Part shown: positions 1 to 10,680 of the stretch, piece by piece
How the letters are laid out: every line of letters begins with the position of its first letter
Numbering within the stretch: the stretch's first letter is position 1
NCBI RefSeq assembly: GCF_006345805.1
Contig: NW_021835155.1
Location: forward strand, 1 to 42,719
Origin: Octopus sinensis
Lineage: Eukaryota
Length of the DNA stretch: 42,719 nt
Direction of reading: 5' to 3'
The notes under the pieces: generated by a model
What the model was told of the DNA's origin: nothing
The model's input: only the letters and a program-made list of their open reading frames with translations
Database searches by the model: none
Made by a program: the position numbers and the translations under genes

Positions 1-113
1 CGGTCGGCCCGAGGCTATGGTAGAAGGACACTTGCCCAAGATGCCACGCAGTGGGACTGAACCCGGAATCATGTGGTTAGTAAGCAAGCTACATACCACA
101 CAGCCACTCCTGC
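1..113 (-). mobile_element. SINE family A, tRNA-derived head and core (cut by window edge)
   Basis: Reverse complement reads GGAGTGGCTGTGTGG (A-box-like), GGGTTCAGTCCC (B-box-like), CTTGGGCAAGTGTC; homologous to copies at 23521-23937 and 32081-32489. Confidence 0.85.
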
Positions 114-159
114 ACCTATGTACATAATTTTATTTTTGTAAACCCTGATAGTTAATTCC

Positions 160-420
160 CTTTCTCTTTTGCCGAACCGCTAAGTTACGGAGACGTGAAC
201 ACACTACCACCTGTTGTCAAATGGTGGTGGTTGTGAAACACACACACACACACAGAAATACACATACACATGCACACACACACGACGGGCTTCTTTCATT
301 TTTCGTCTACCAGATCCACTCAGAAGGGTATGGTCGGCCCCAGGGTATAATAGAAGACACTTGCCCAGGGCGCCTCAAAGTGAGACTGAACCCGGAACCA
401 TTTGGTTTGGAAGCGAAGCC
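160..420 (-). mobile_element. SINE family A, partial copy with internal CA microsatellite
   Basis: Shares GCCGAACCGCTAAGTTACGG, GACGGGCTTCTTTC and GAAGACACTTGCCC blocks with the other family-A copies. Confidence 0.8.
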
Positions 421-502
421 ACACATCTCCTCTCTAGCAAAACACCTGAGCATCATACTTTAACCTCTCAACACCTCGCATGGAGCCAACTTACAGTTCT
501 CA

Positions 503-1272
503 AATTATCCCGCCCCCATTTAGTCGAAGTATTTTTTCTTTGCCTCTCTCTTCTTTGCCTTGCATGTTACTAGCTCACCTCACTGGTGCCGGTGCCACGA
601 AAAAAGAATGAAAGAAGAAGCACCCAGTGCGCACTGTAGCCTCAGAAACCTTGCTTAAGCTCGACGTTGAAGCCCGACACTTTCCTGCGGCATGTTTGAT
701 GCTAGTGACCCGTTCATTCTCATTGTTCGACTGTGGTCGAGACAATGGAATTTGCTATGTTACGCCGGACTTCACGGTCCATCATAGCATTACGGAGGTC
801 CTGTTGCTGGATGCCTGTATCCCTGGAGATTACAGCACCCTCTGGTATCGCGAGTAGGTGGCTTCCAGAGGAGAAGAGTAGAAATTACCTCGTTTTCAGC
901 TCTACAACAATGTCCAGCAAACTGGACTCTTCTACCTTTCACAAGAGATGATACAGGTGGTAGTTTCCCATATAGTTGTACTTTGGTTGGATGACGCTTC
1001 CACGAGAGATTTTGAGCTCTCATAAGAAGGCGAGTGTAAGTTCCATCCAACCACCCCTCAAGCTTCTTTGATTACGTCCAGGTTTCGGAGGAAAGTGTCG
1101 GGCTTCAACGTCGAGCTTAAGCAAGGTTTCTGAGGCTACAGTGCGCACTGGATGCGTCTTCTTTCATTCTTTTTTCGTGGCACCGGCACCAGTGAGGTGA
1201 GCTAGTAACATGCAAGGCAAAGAAGAGAGAGGCAAAGAAAAAATATCTCGACTAAATGGGGGCGAGATAATT
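503..1272. repeat. Inverted duplication: 184-bp arms (503-686 and 1089-1272) around a 402-bp spacer
   Basis: Manual alignment of arm 1 with the reverse complement of arm 2 gives 5 substitutions in 184 nt. Confidence 0.95.
700..1088 (-). mobile_element. RTE-clade LINE 3' fragment (ORF C-terminus, decayed)
   Basis: Translation SETWT...LDGTYTRLLMRAQNLSWKRHPTK..LYGKLPPVSSLVKGRRVQFAGHCCR matches the RTE post-RT signature (YGSETWT, RRLxFAGH). Confidence 0.8.
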
Positions 1273-1279
1273 GGTTCGA

Positions 1280-1367
1280 CTGTGTGACCCGTCTAGTTCA
1301 TGCCAGCATGGAAAGGGGATGTTAAATGACGACGACGAGGAGGACGGGGATGATGATGATGATGATG
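1280..1367 (+). mobile_element. SINE-like 3' tail ending in (GAT)n
   Basis: CATGCCAGCATGGAAAGGGGATGTTAAATGA followed by GAC/GAT repeats; family assignment from memory only. Confidence 0.4.
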
Positions 1368-1464
1368 AACCTCTACAACCCTATTTTATATCAAACAACA
1401 TAAAATAGCAGCAGACATTATTAGTTAATGGCTCAACTCCTGGGTATTGCACTCCAGAAATATC

Positions 1465-2147
1465 GTTCTTTTCTCTTTTCTATTTTACTTGTTTCTGTTA
1501 TTAGATTGCGGCCATGCTGGGGCACTGACTTGAAGAATTTTTAATCGAATGGATCGACCCCAACACATGTCTTCTTTTTAAGCCTGGTACTTATTCTATA
1601 GGTCTCTCTTGCCGAACCGGGGACGTAAATGCACCAACACCGGTTGTCAAACAGTGTTGAGGAAGAAATACAGAAACAAAGACACACACAAAGACACTCT
1701 CACATACACATACATACATACATACATACATACATACATGCATGTATAGATACATACATACATACATACATACATACATGTATACAAACAAAAATACCCT
1801 GTTGTTGATGTTGAAATTCCAATAAAGGAGCCTTGGATCTAGGTTAGAAACCGGTTCTTTCTCTATTGGAAAGAAGTCTTGAAATAAAACTGAACAATGA
1901 TATACATACATATAAACATACATGCATACATATCGTTGCTATTATGATAAACTGTCGTATGTTCAAATTTGGCCAAATGTTTTTTTTTTCAATATTTATT
2001 TTTGCTTTAAATGGGCGGTTCTTTTGGTCAAACTATCGTATCTCCAGCTGCTTCAGATACCAGGATATCAAAAATTGTCAAAGTGTAGGACTGAACTTGG
2101 AACGATGTGATGGGGAAACAAGCTTCTTACCCACACAGCCAGTTTGG
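1465..2147 (-). mobile_element. Old SINE family A copy: 3' half 1465-1680, (CATA)n spacer, degenerate head 2030-2147
   Basis: GCGGCCATGCTGG, TCGACCCC, GTACTTATTCTAT, GCCGAACC and GGACTGAAC...CACACAGCC blocks in family-A order. Confidence 0.65.
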
Positions 2148-2253
2148 TAAGAAAGTGTGTATGTGGGGAGGTGAGAGCGGGTATGAGTGTGAAGGAAAAA
2201 ATATATTGGTGAAGCAAATGGGATGACGAGAGCAGTGTGGAGGGTAGGATAGA

Positions 2254-2291
<38 letters not shown>

Positions 2292-2419
2292 TGTGTGTAT
2301 GTGAGTGTTTGTGTGTGTGTATGTGTGCGCGTGTATGTATGTGTGTGAGTGTCTGTATGACGAAATTACGTGGAATTGTGAAAGTTTTATAACAAGGGAA
2401 AGGTTTAAGTTAAAATATG

Positions 2420-2473
<54 letters not shown>

Positions 2474-2550
2474 AGAGAGGGAGGAAGAAAATAAAAGAGT
2501 CGTCTCTGTGAAGAGTAGAAAATTCAAAGAAAAAGTTTAAAAATTACAAC

Positions 2551-2612
<62 letters not shown>

Positions 2613-2959
2613 ATATATATATAATATATATATATATATGCTTATATATATATACATATATACACGCATAGACACCACACACACACACACCACATAACCT
2701 CGTATATTTCTACTTAATCAGTTTTCTGGCTTATCTTATATATTTTCTCTATATTTTAATTTTCGCTTTCTTCTGATCATTTACTTTTTTCTTCATCCTC
2801 ATCATTTTTCCGTCCTTTACTTTTTCTCTGGTAAATTTATCTTTTGGTGGAAGATAGGTTTCGTCTGATGCGTTTCTAATCTATAATGTTGATGCAAAGA
2901 AATCGACACATTACTTCTTTGTCGCCCTATTACTTGTACATACACTTATACATACATGC

Positions 2960-2968
2960 GCAATATAA

Positions 2969-3050
<82 letters not shown>

Positions 3051-3114
3051 ATGTATGTTTGTATGTATGTATCTATGTATATATGTATCTCCTTCTCTTT
3101 ATATATATAGTTAA

Positions 3115-3193
<79 letters not shown>

Positions 3194-3197
3194 TATA

Positions 3198-3228
<31 letters not shown>

Positions 3229-3230
3229 GT
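2960..3230. repeat. (TA)n-dominated compound microsatellite
   Basis: Direct inspection; similar tracts lie at about 2550-2660 and 3712-3945. Confidence 0.95.
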
Positions 3231-3740
3231 ATAATGAAGTTGTCAGTCGAACAAGCTTTTACTGAGAGAATATTGCATTCAAAGAAACCATTTTGCATAA
3301 GTCCAAAGTTCATTGGTTCTTTGAAGTTCCTGGCTGTGCTAAACAGTTTGGTGGCGACAGTTATAAAGAAGCCTTATCTGATTTTTATAATGAAGCAAGT
3401 TGTTTGTAGGAGTGGCATGTGGTTATTATGGTGGAATATCTTCTTGTTAACGGCTGCGACCAAACTTTCCTATAAGGCGTGTTTCACTTCGATACCATCT
3501 TTGTAAGAAAAACGATGTCAAAGTCTTGGCTTGTTAATTACCGAGTGATTTCAGTCGTGAAGAAATACATTTCTCTCAGAACTCTCAAAATTCAATTAAA
3601 CTTGCTGCTTTTCAAGACTTCTTTCTATAAAAATTTAATTTCTAAAGTTTAGTTAGTTACCAGAAAGTAACACATTGCCGACTGACCTTTTTTTGTTATC
3701 TATCCGTATAATGTATATGTATATATATATATATAATATA

Positions 3741-3780
<40 letters not shown>

Positions 3781-3862
3781 AGAAATATATATGTATATAT
3801 GTATGTGTATATGCATGCATGTCTATATGTATGTATACATATTATATGTATGTATATATATA

Positions 3863-3944
<82 letters not shown>

Positions 3945-3954
3945 ATATAGATAA

Positions 3955-4127
3955 GGCGGCGAGCTGGAAGAAACGTTAGCACGCCGAGTGAAATACGTCT
4001 GAGTTCAAATTCCGCCGAGGTCGATTTTGCCTTTCATCCTTTCGGGGTCGATAAATTAAGTATCAGTTACGCACTGGGGTCGTTTGTCTGTCCTTGTTTG
4101 TCCCCTCTGTGTTTGTGGGTAGTAAAA
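3955..4127 (+). mobile_element. SINE family B, internally deleted copy
   Basis: GGCGGCGAGCTGG head, GAGTTCAAATTCC B box, CCTTTCATCCTTTCGGGGTCGATAAA core, GTTTGTCTGTCCTTGTTTGTCCC tail. Confidence 0.9.
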
Positions 4128-4148
4128 AAATATATGTATATATTTATG

Positions 4149-4232
<84 letters not shown>

Positions 4233-4489
4233 GATATATATATATTCATACATATATATTCATACATATATTTACAAACACACGTGCGCGCGCACACACA
4301 CACACACACACCGGGTCGTTATATTTCATTCCATAACGAGTATCTCTGAAAAGTGCGGGGCTACATAATCGAACTGTTATCTAACACTCTGCTGAACCTC
4401 TAGTGCGAGACTGATTGGTAAGATCGACCGTAATGGATATATTAATCTAAGGCTGTTCACTTCGATTGATTTATATATATATATATATA

Positions 4490-5120
4490 CTAGTGCGAAC
4501 ACGCTATCTTTAAGATAGTGTAGTTTACATTGTATCATATATTTGTGTAATATATATACATAAATATACATATAGAATGCAGTAATTGAGAACGGAGCAG
4601 AAAAGTCTTCGCATCTGATATGGCGTAGCTGAAATATTTGCAAACTCCTTAGTCCGATAGTATTCATGGTCACCATGTGCTAAACCCAGTTTCATTGCAG
4701 CCTCTTTGTAACTATGGCAAACTACACCATTAATAATCCTCATATCTTCAAATGATGTAGCTCCGAGAATATGATGTAGTAAAGCTCTCAGATAGAATCG
4801 CTCTTGTTCCTATGGTGAAACGAAATAGATACGCCCAATTGAGTGTGTATTATTTTTTCCGAAATGCCACATTTTCTCACTATTATTTCACGTGTAAAAT
4901 TCAGGGAAATCAGTTTAGTGAGAGGGGACCTGTCATGTGTGTGGATTACATGTTCAATATCATCATGATCATCATCATCATCATCATGATCATCATCATC
5001 ATGATCATCATGATCATCATCATGATCATCATGATCATCATCATGATCATCATCATCATGATCATCATGATCATCATCATGATCATCATGATCATCATGA
5101 TCATCATGATCATCATCACG

Positions 5121-5158
<38 letters not shown>

Positions 5159-5980
5159 TAAAGTAAATGTATTGCTGTTGGAGTAAATGAACTGTAAGCT
5201 GTTGGACTGCAGGATATGAACCGTGTAATTTTACCCCTAAAATCCTCCAGACTGCCTCTGATGAGGATACACAGCGGTCAATGGTATAATTTCCAATTTC
5301 ATCTTTGTGTGTTTATCGTGCATTGGTTTGTCCGTTAATATTGACTGTCACCCGATCATGACCTTTATGAATATATATGCTAATATATTTAACCGATTTT
5401 ACAGATGCACATATCTCTACATTGCAATGACCTCCATATTTGACTAAAAAGAAGGGGGAACAGGGTACTACTGAGCGATTATCTAATTCTTCATTAGTCT
5501 ATGTAAATGTAAAACCATTATTTCGACGTCGGTAAAGTGGACAGCCATTATAACCGCGTCATGTATTTTCTTGTAAGTCTTTAGGGAAATGTTTTTTACA
5601 TTTCCTATTAACCATACATGTTGCATTGGACTTACTCTTCCACATGGACCATGTAGCATGCTTTTGGTGACATGTTGAAACAGAATTGGTTGTGTTTGTG
5701 GATTTAGAAGTTCCGCATGAACAAATTTATCGTAATGTTCTGGATCTCTTTTTAATATAAATAACATATGACAATGGGGGTAGTCCACACTTTTGAAACT
5801 CTATAGTCAACATGTATCCTGCAACCTCTTCCAAAACATTCTTCTCCAAAATATCAGGCAAGAGATCCCCAAGTTTCATATTAAATACTCTGTCAGTTAA
5901 ATCTGGTCTGTTAGCTAGTGTCTGTCCTGGATAAAGTTCGTCTGTGGTATCGGTCGAGCAATGAAAATTCTGGCACAAAT
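4490..5980 (-). mobile_element. Helitron remnant: Rep (HUH) region plus 3' terminus, helicase domain absent
   Basis: Frameshifted translation: PGQTLANRPDLTDRVF, TIEFQKCGLP/HCHML (motif 2), HGPCG, VEICASVKSVKYISIYIHKGHD (motif 3), IGRIYFVSP..ERFYLRALLH, SYKEAAMKLGL, QMRRLF. Hairpin at 4501-4521, then CTAG (4493-4490) followed by T. Confidence 0.92.
4959..5157. repeat. (ATC)n/(ATG-ATC) trinucleotide tract inside the Helitron frame
   Basis: Direct inspection; reads GAT/CAT codons on the minus strand. Confidence 0.95.
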
Positions 5981-6694
5981 GAAAATTAAATTACGGAGAT
6001 GTACTTGCATAGCAAGTGACTTGATTTGAGATGTGTATATATATATATATATGCTTATTTTTCTACTGACCTAACACTGGTGTGTAAGCATCTCATTATA
6101 CTTACCGATTTTCTCAACGAAGCGAATAAGTAAGCAACCAACAAGCAGTCAATCAACCAACCAACCAACCAACCAGCCTACTTATCTGCCTATCTGCTAT
6201 GGACGTAGATTTGATATATTTTAAGTTGCTACTCGTTGTCTTAGAATAGTAAAACAATTGCCTTTCATTTCGTTTTTGGATTTGGTTTGCAAGATTCTTC
6301 ATATGAGTTCGTGTGTTGAAGCATATTCTGTTGTGTCTGGGGAGAGTGGTTATCTTTTAGTGCCTTATAATTTAACACACTCACTGGTAAAATTTCCTCT
6401 CATTTACTTATTCATTTTTTTTTTAGCAACTATTGAAAAGGTTGCAAGACGCAACGAAAATTTTAGAAAAATAAAGAAGGTAATGAGTGGAAATTTTACC
6501 GGTGAGTGTGTTAAATTATAAAGCATTAAAAGAGAATGACCCTCCCCAGACACAACAGAATTGCCTTTCAATTAATTCTGATAACGACGAATATAAACAC
6601 TCAAACGATAACATTGAAATTATGTTATTTATGAAACTATAATATTTTTAAATAGTGGATAATTTCAGTTCTATATTTAAGAGATGAGGAATTA

Positions 6695-6930
6695 TGCACA
6701 TTATTTGTATTATTTACATTTGACGGATATTTGTCCTCCTCTTGTTTGTTGTTAACACGTTTTGGCTGATATACCCTCCAGCCTTCATCAGGTGTCTTGG
6801 GGAAATTTCGAACCTGGGTTCTCATTCCTAAGGTATTTTTCGATATTATTATTATTCTGGTCACTGTCTGGAATCGAACTCGGAATATTGGGGTTAGTAG
6901 CCCGCACTCTTAACCGCTACGCCCGTGGGC
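6695..6930 (-). mobile_element. SINE-like element H: tRNA-like head, short AAT run, Penelope-like tail with a degenerate hammerhead motif
   Basis: Minus strand: GGGCGTAGCGGTTAAG (A-box-like), GGG-CTACTAA-CCC anticodon-like arm, GAGTTCGATTCC (B box), then CTGATGA-A-GGCTG/CAGCC-AAAAC, ending in AATGTAAATAAT repeats. Confidence 0.7.
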
Positions 6931-7249
6931 AATTATGGAGTGAATTTTAGGGCTTAGAAATCTAATATTTTCCTATCCTTCATTAATACCGGTTCCCATA
7001 TGCTATTCATATCTGCACTCGGTCAGCTTAGGGGGTTGTTGTGTCGTAGCATATGTCCTGCTTCTTGTTTGTTAGCAACAAACAAGATGAGGACAAATAC
7101 CCGTCAAATGTAAATAATGTAAATAAGTGGAGAATTTGTTCCAGGATATTTTGCTGTGACACTAAATTGGGTGATTACAGAAAAATTCTTTTGTTCATCC
7201 AAAATGCTTGGTACTCGCTGTGAACTCTAAAAAGGAGGAGATCTCTACG

Positions 7250-7640
7250 ATTACGACTACTATCCATCCATCTCCTTCCCCCACCATTCCTGGGAGGGCC
7301 GAGGGAGTAGGTGTCCTGAGGCATTGGGTTAAGTCAGAAGGAACCGTGATCAAACTTTTTGGCTGGGTTCCCAAACGTGATCAACTGAAATTATGGAGCT
7401 TATCCAACCACTTTGCTCTTGGTCTGCTTCTTAGGTCTCCTGCCAGTTAGATCGGCTTGAAGAATAGCTCTTGTGGTTCTTTCTTGTTAATATGTCTTTT
7501 GTGCCAGAGCTGTGATCCCTCAGTGTGGAGAAGTAGCGACTTGACCTGGAGAGACTCCATGATCTGCAAGTTATTCTGTCGAGTTACTCCAGATATTTTT
7601 CGGAAGAACTCCATTTCGATCGCTTGTATTTGCAATCATA
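7250..7640 (-). mobile_element. RTE-like LINE 3' fragment
   Basis: IQAIEMEFFRKISGVTRQNN..IMESLQVKSLLLHTEGSQLW resembles the xIQAxEMxFLRxxxGVTRxD motif downstream of RT. Confidence 0.7.
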
Positions 7641-8352
7641 CGATTTTCTTAACACTCATGACCATAAGTGAAGGTTCCAACTATTTATGGAATTAATTCC
7701 CGTTGAAAATATTCTCTGATCTTGATAATTTATAATTAATAGATTGATTAATTTCCCTCTTAAAAATTAAATTTCTCAGCAGACATGTGTCCACTCGAAA
7801 AAACAATTAGAATTGTTTAAGGTAAGAAGAAATTTGTTGAACATAGTAAATTGTTGAATATAAACCGATCGAGGTATAGCGCGAGCGTGTCTATGAGTAT
7901 TGTGAATCTAATGATAAAATGGAGGAAGTTATAATCGTAATATCAACAACTCATAATAGACTTGTCTATATGTAGTATTCAGTATAAATTGAGAAAAAAA
8001 ATATTTCCAATATAGTTTTGTATATTTTGGGTGAAAACGATAAAACAATTTTTGCGGAATGTAAATTTAGCCAGAAGCCGAAATGTCTAGATTACATTGA
8101 ATATTTACAAGCAAGTTAATTCGGAGGAACTTATTGCATCAGTTTGTAAAATAAAAATAATGTTATGTAATACGTTTGCTGCTGGACATGTTTTATATAT
8201 ATATTTTTAATAACACATCGTCGAGACATATCTGAAGAAAAGGTGAGTCGGTTCCGAAAGCAATGGGTTCTTAATAAAGAATCTACAAAACAACAGAGAC
8301 ACGTTCAGTGATAAAAACAGGTGTTATGAGTTATATACATATGTTTATATAT

Positions 8353-8396
<44 letters not shown>

Positions 8397-8436
8397 AGAC
8401 ACACACACACACACATACACACACATATATATATAT

Positions 8437-8469
<33 letters not shown>

Positions 8470-8585
8470 CAAATTCATATATTTGTCCATGTGCGTGTAC
8501 ATATGTATATGTACACACACACGCATAATAATACATAAATATACACGGACATTCGTACACACATACATATGCATACACATATATA

Positions 8586-8710
<125 letters not shown>

Positions 8711-8979
8711 GTGTGTGTGTGTAAGAATTATTATTTCCCAAGCAGAAATACACACAAGGAAAAAAAACCTAAAGTGGAAACCGTTTATCTCTATATTTTA
8801 TTAAATGAAGACTTCATTTTTACTCAAATTCAAGTAAACCAAATTATTCAACCACAGAACATATTTCGGCGTCAGTCGTTCTGTAAAGTACAGTACTTCA
8901 GTACTTCAAGTAGTACTACGTAGTTGGTTATTACTGTCAGGTCATCGTGCAACCATCATTCATACGTTTTGTCTCTGAT

Positions 8980-9900
8980 GTCCACTATTTTCATCGAGGC
9001 TCTCTTCTCAACAGGCAGTTAATGAGTCTGCAAGTTGCTGGTTCGTCTTAACTTTAACTGTCATTCTTCTGAAAATAGTCAAAACCGTGTTGAAAATATA
9101 TTTTGTCAAGTTGTGGCTTGAATAGCAAGCAGGTAGTTCTGTCAGAATTCCCCCATTCCCTGGGACACCTATATCGGGGTCGTGTATGGCGGTAAGAAAA
9201 GTAAATATGGTGATCTCGTGAAGCTGTGCTGAAGAAATGGGGGACAAGGATGGTGTGGTCCCACTGCATCTGGATGCAGAAGGTTTTGCAGGACAGTCCT
9301 TCGGCAAAACTACAATTTCTTTGGTCACTCCCAGTATGAGGCCCCAACATCCACAGTAAAGGACTGTCAGAAGAGAATGGAAATGGGTGATATTTCTTTG
9401 CAATCCGAGCAGCCCTGTATGTGCAGAGCAACAATTTGAAGCTCTCTTAGGAGAAGAATTCATGGTGAATTGTTATTTAGGAAATGCTGCAATATTAAGA
9501 CTCATGGAACCCTAAAATCTCTCAGATTGGTATTCGGATCAGGACAGGAGGGGAGAGTATCGGAGGCTGTCGGGGCTGGAGAATCGCATCTAAGACGTAA
9601 AATGTTGGTAGCTGTTTTACCTCGTAGAAGAGCTGGCACGGGTGGTGGTAACATTACTCACCATGGCCAAAGGAATGAGGTGCGAGCATCGTCTGAGAAG
9701 TAGCGAACTAGCTGGAATGTTGGGATGTGGTTCCAGAGAACCTGATTAAGATTGGACTAAGTGGTGGCACATAAAGTTTCATGGCCTGATCTTTGCAGAG
9801 CGGAGTCTCACCGGGTAAAGTTATAATTCAGGCAGTTTACAACGTCTTTTTGAACGCATCCGACTTGTTCTGTTAGGAAAAGTTGGGATCACCACCCTGT
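8980..9900 (-). mobile_element. Possible highly decayed L1/Tx1-like ORF1 end plus AP endonuclease
   Basis: Degenerate echoes in the expected order: MSLNIA..NSSPKR, LQRNITHF, TAIHDPD, GMGEF, IVDIR. Requires frameshifts; weak. Confidence 0.35.
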
Positions 9901-9944
9901 CCCTGTGCTTTGGGGTGAGGTATCATGGAGCACATCCCTAGTAG

Positions 9945-10510
9945 CTATGCCAACACTATGGAATAACAACAGAAAAAAGATGGTACAGGCACACGCCAGA
10001 AAAGGTCACAGAAAATGAGAAAGCAGCCATACTCTGGGATATACCAATACACACAGATAGAGAAATTAAGGCCAATAGGCCGGATATAGTTATCAGGGAT
10101 CACCAAGAAAAAATGCTTTCTAATCGATGTATCAATACGAACAGGTGACAATGTTTCTCTAAAGGAAACGGAGAAACCTTCAAAATACAAAGATCTGGAA
10201 ATAGAGATAACTCGAATGTGGAGCCTAAAAACAGAAACAATTCCTATCATAGTAGGTGCATTAGGTATGATAAAAAACAAATCAAAATATTCAGACAAAT
10301 ATATAACAAAAACATGGGGCTTACAAGTATATATAATATACAGAAAATTTCACTACTGGGCACTGCACACATCCTACGCAAAACATTTTCAATACAGTAA
10401 TCATCAGAGCACCACAACAAACCACAGCACATACCCAAGGCACACAAAGCTGCGCTCGGTAGTACAGCGAAAGCACGTTATAAAAATAAAATTACTGAAT
10501 AATAATAATA
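9945..10510 (+). mobile_element. R4/Dong-like non-LTR retrotransposon 3' end (restriction-like endonuclease)
   Basis: LCQHYGI..WYRHTPEKVTENEKAAILWD..HTDREIKANRPDIV..LIDVS..KYKDLEIEITRMW..IPIIVGALG..LGTAHILRK; stop at 10398-10400; (TAA)n tail. Confidence 0.9.
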
Positions 10511-10590
10511 CATGAAACATTTCTAAGCTACATAACGAAGTCGATCACTGAATACAAATCCTTTCTTCTATAGTCACAAGGCCTGAAATT

Positions 10591-10592
<2 letters not shown>

Positions 10593-10622
<30 letters not shown>

Positions 10623-10680
10623 TGTATGTATGTATGTATGTATGTATGTATGTATGTATGTATGTATGTATGTATGTATG
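10593..10680. repeat. Pure (TATG)n microsatellite
   Basis: Direct inspection. Confidence 0.97.

Noticed and set aside
6860-6930. Possible tRNA-Ser gene (also the other tRNA-like heads)
   Set aside because: Acceptor and T stems do not close into a cloverleaf and the sequence runs into repeat bodies; these are SINE heads.
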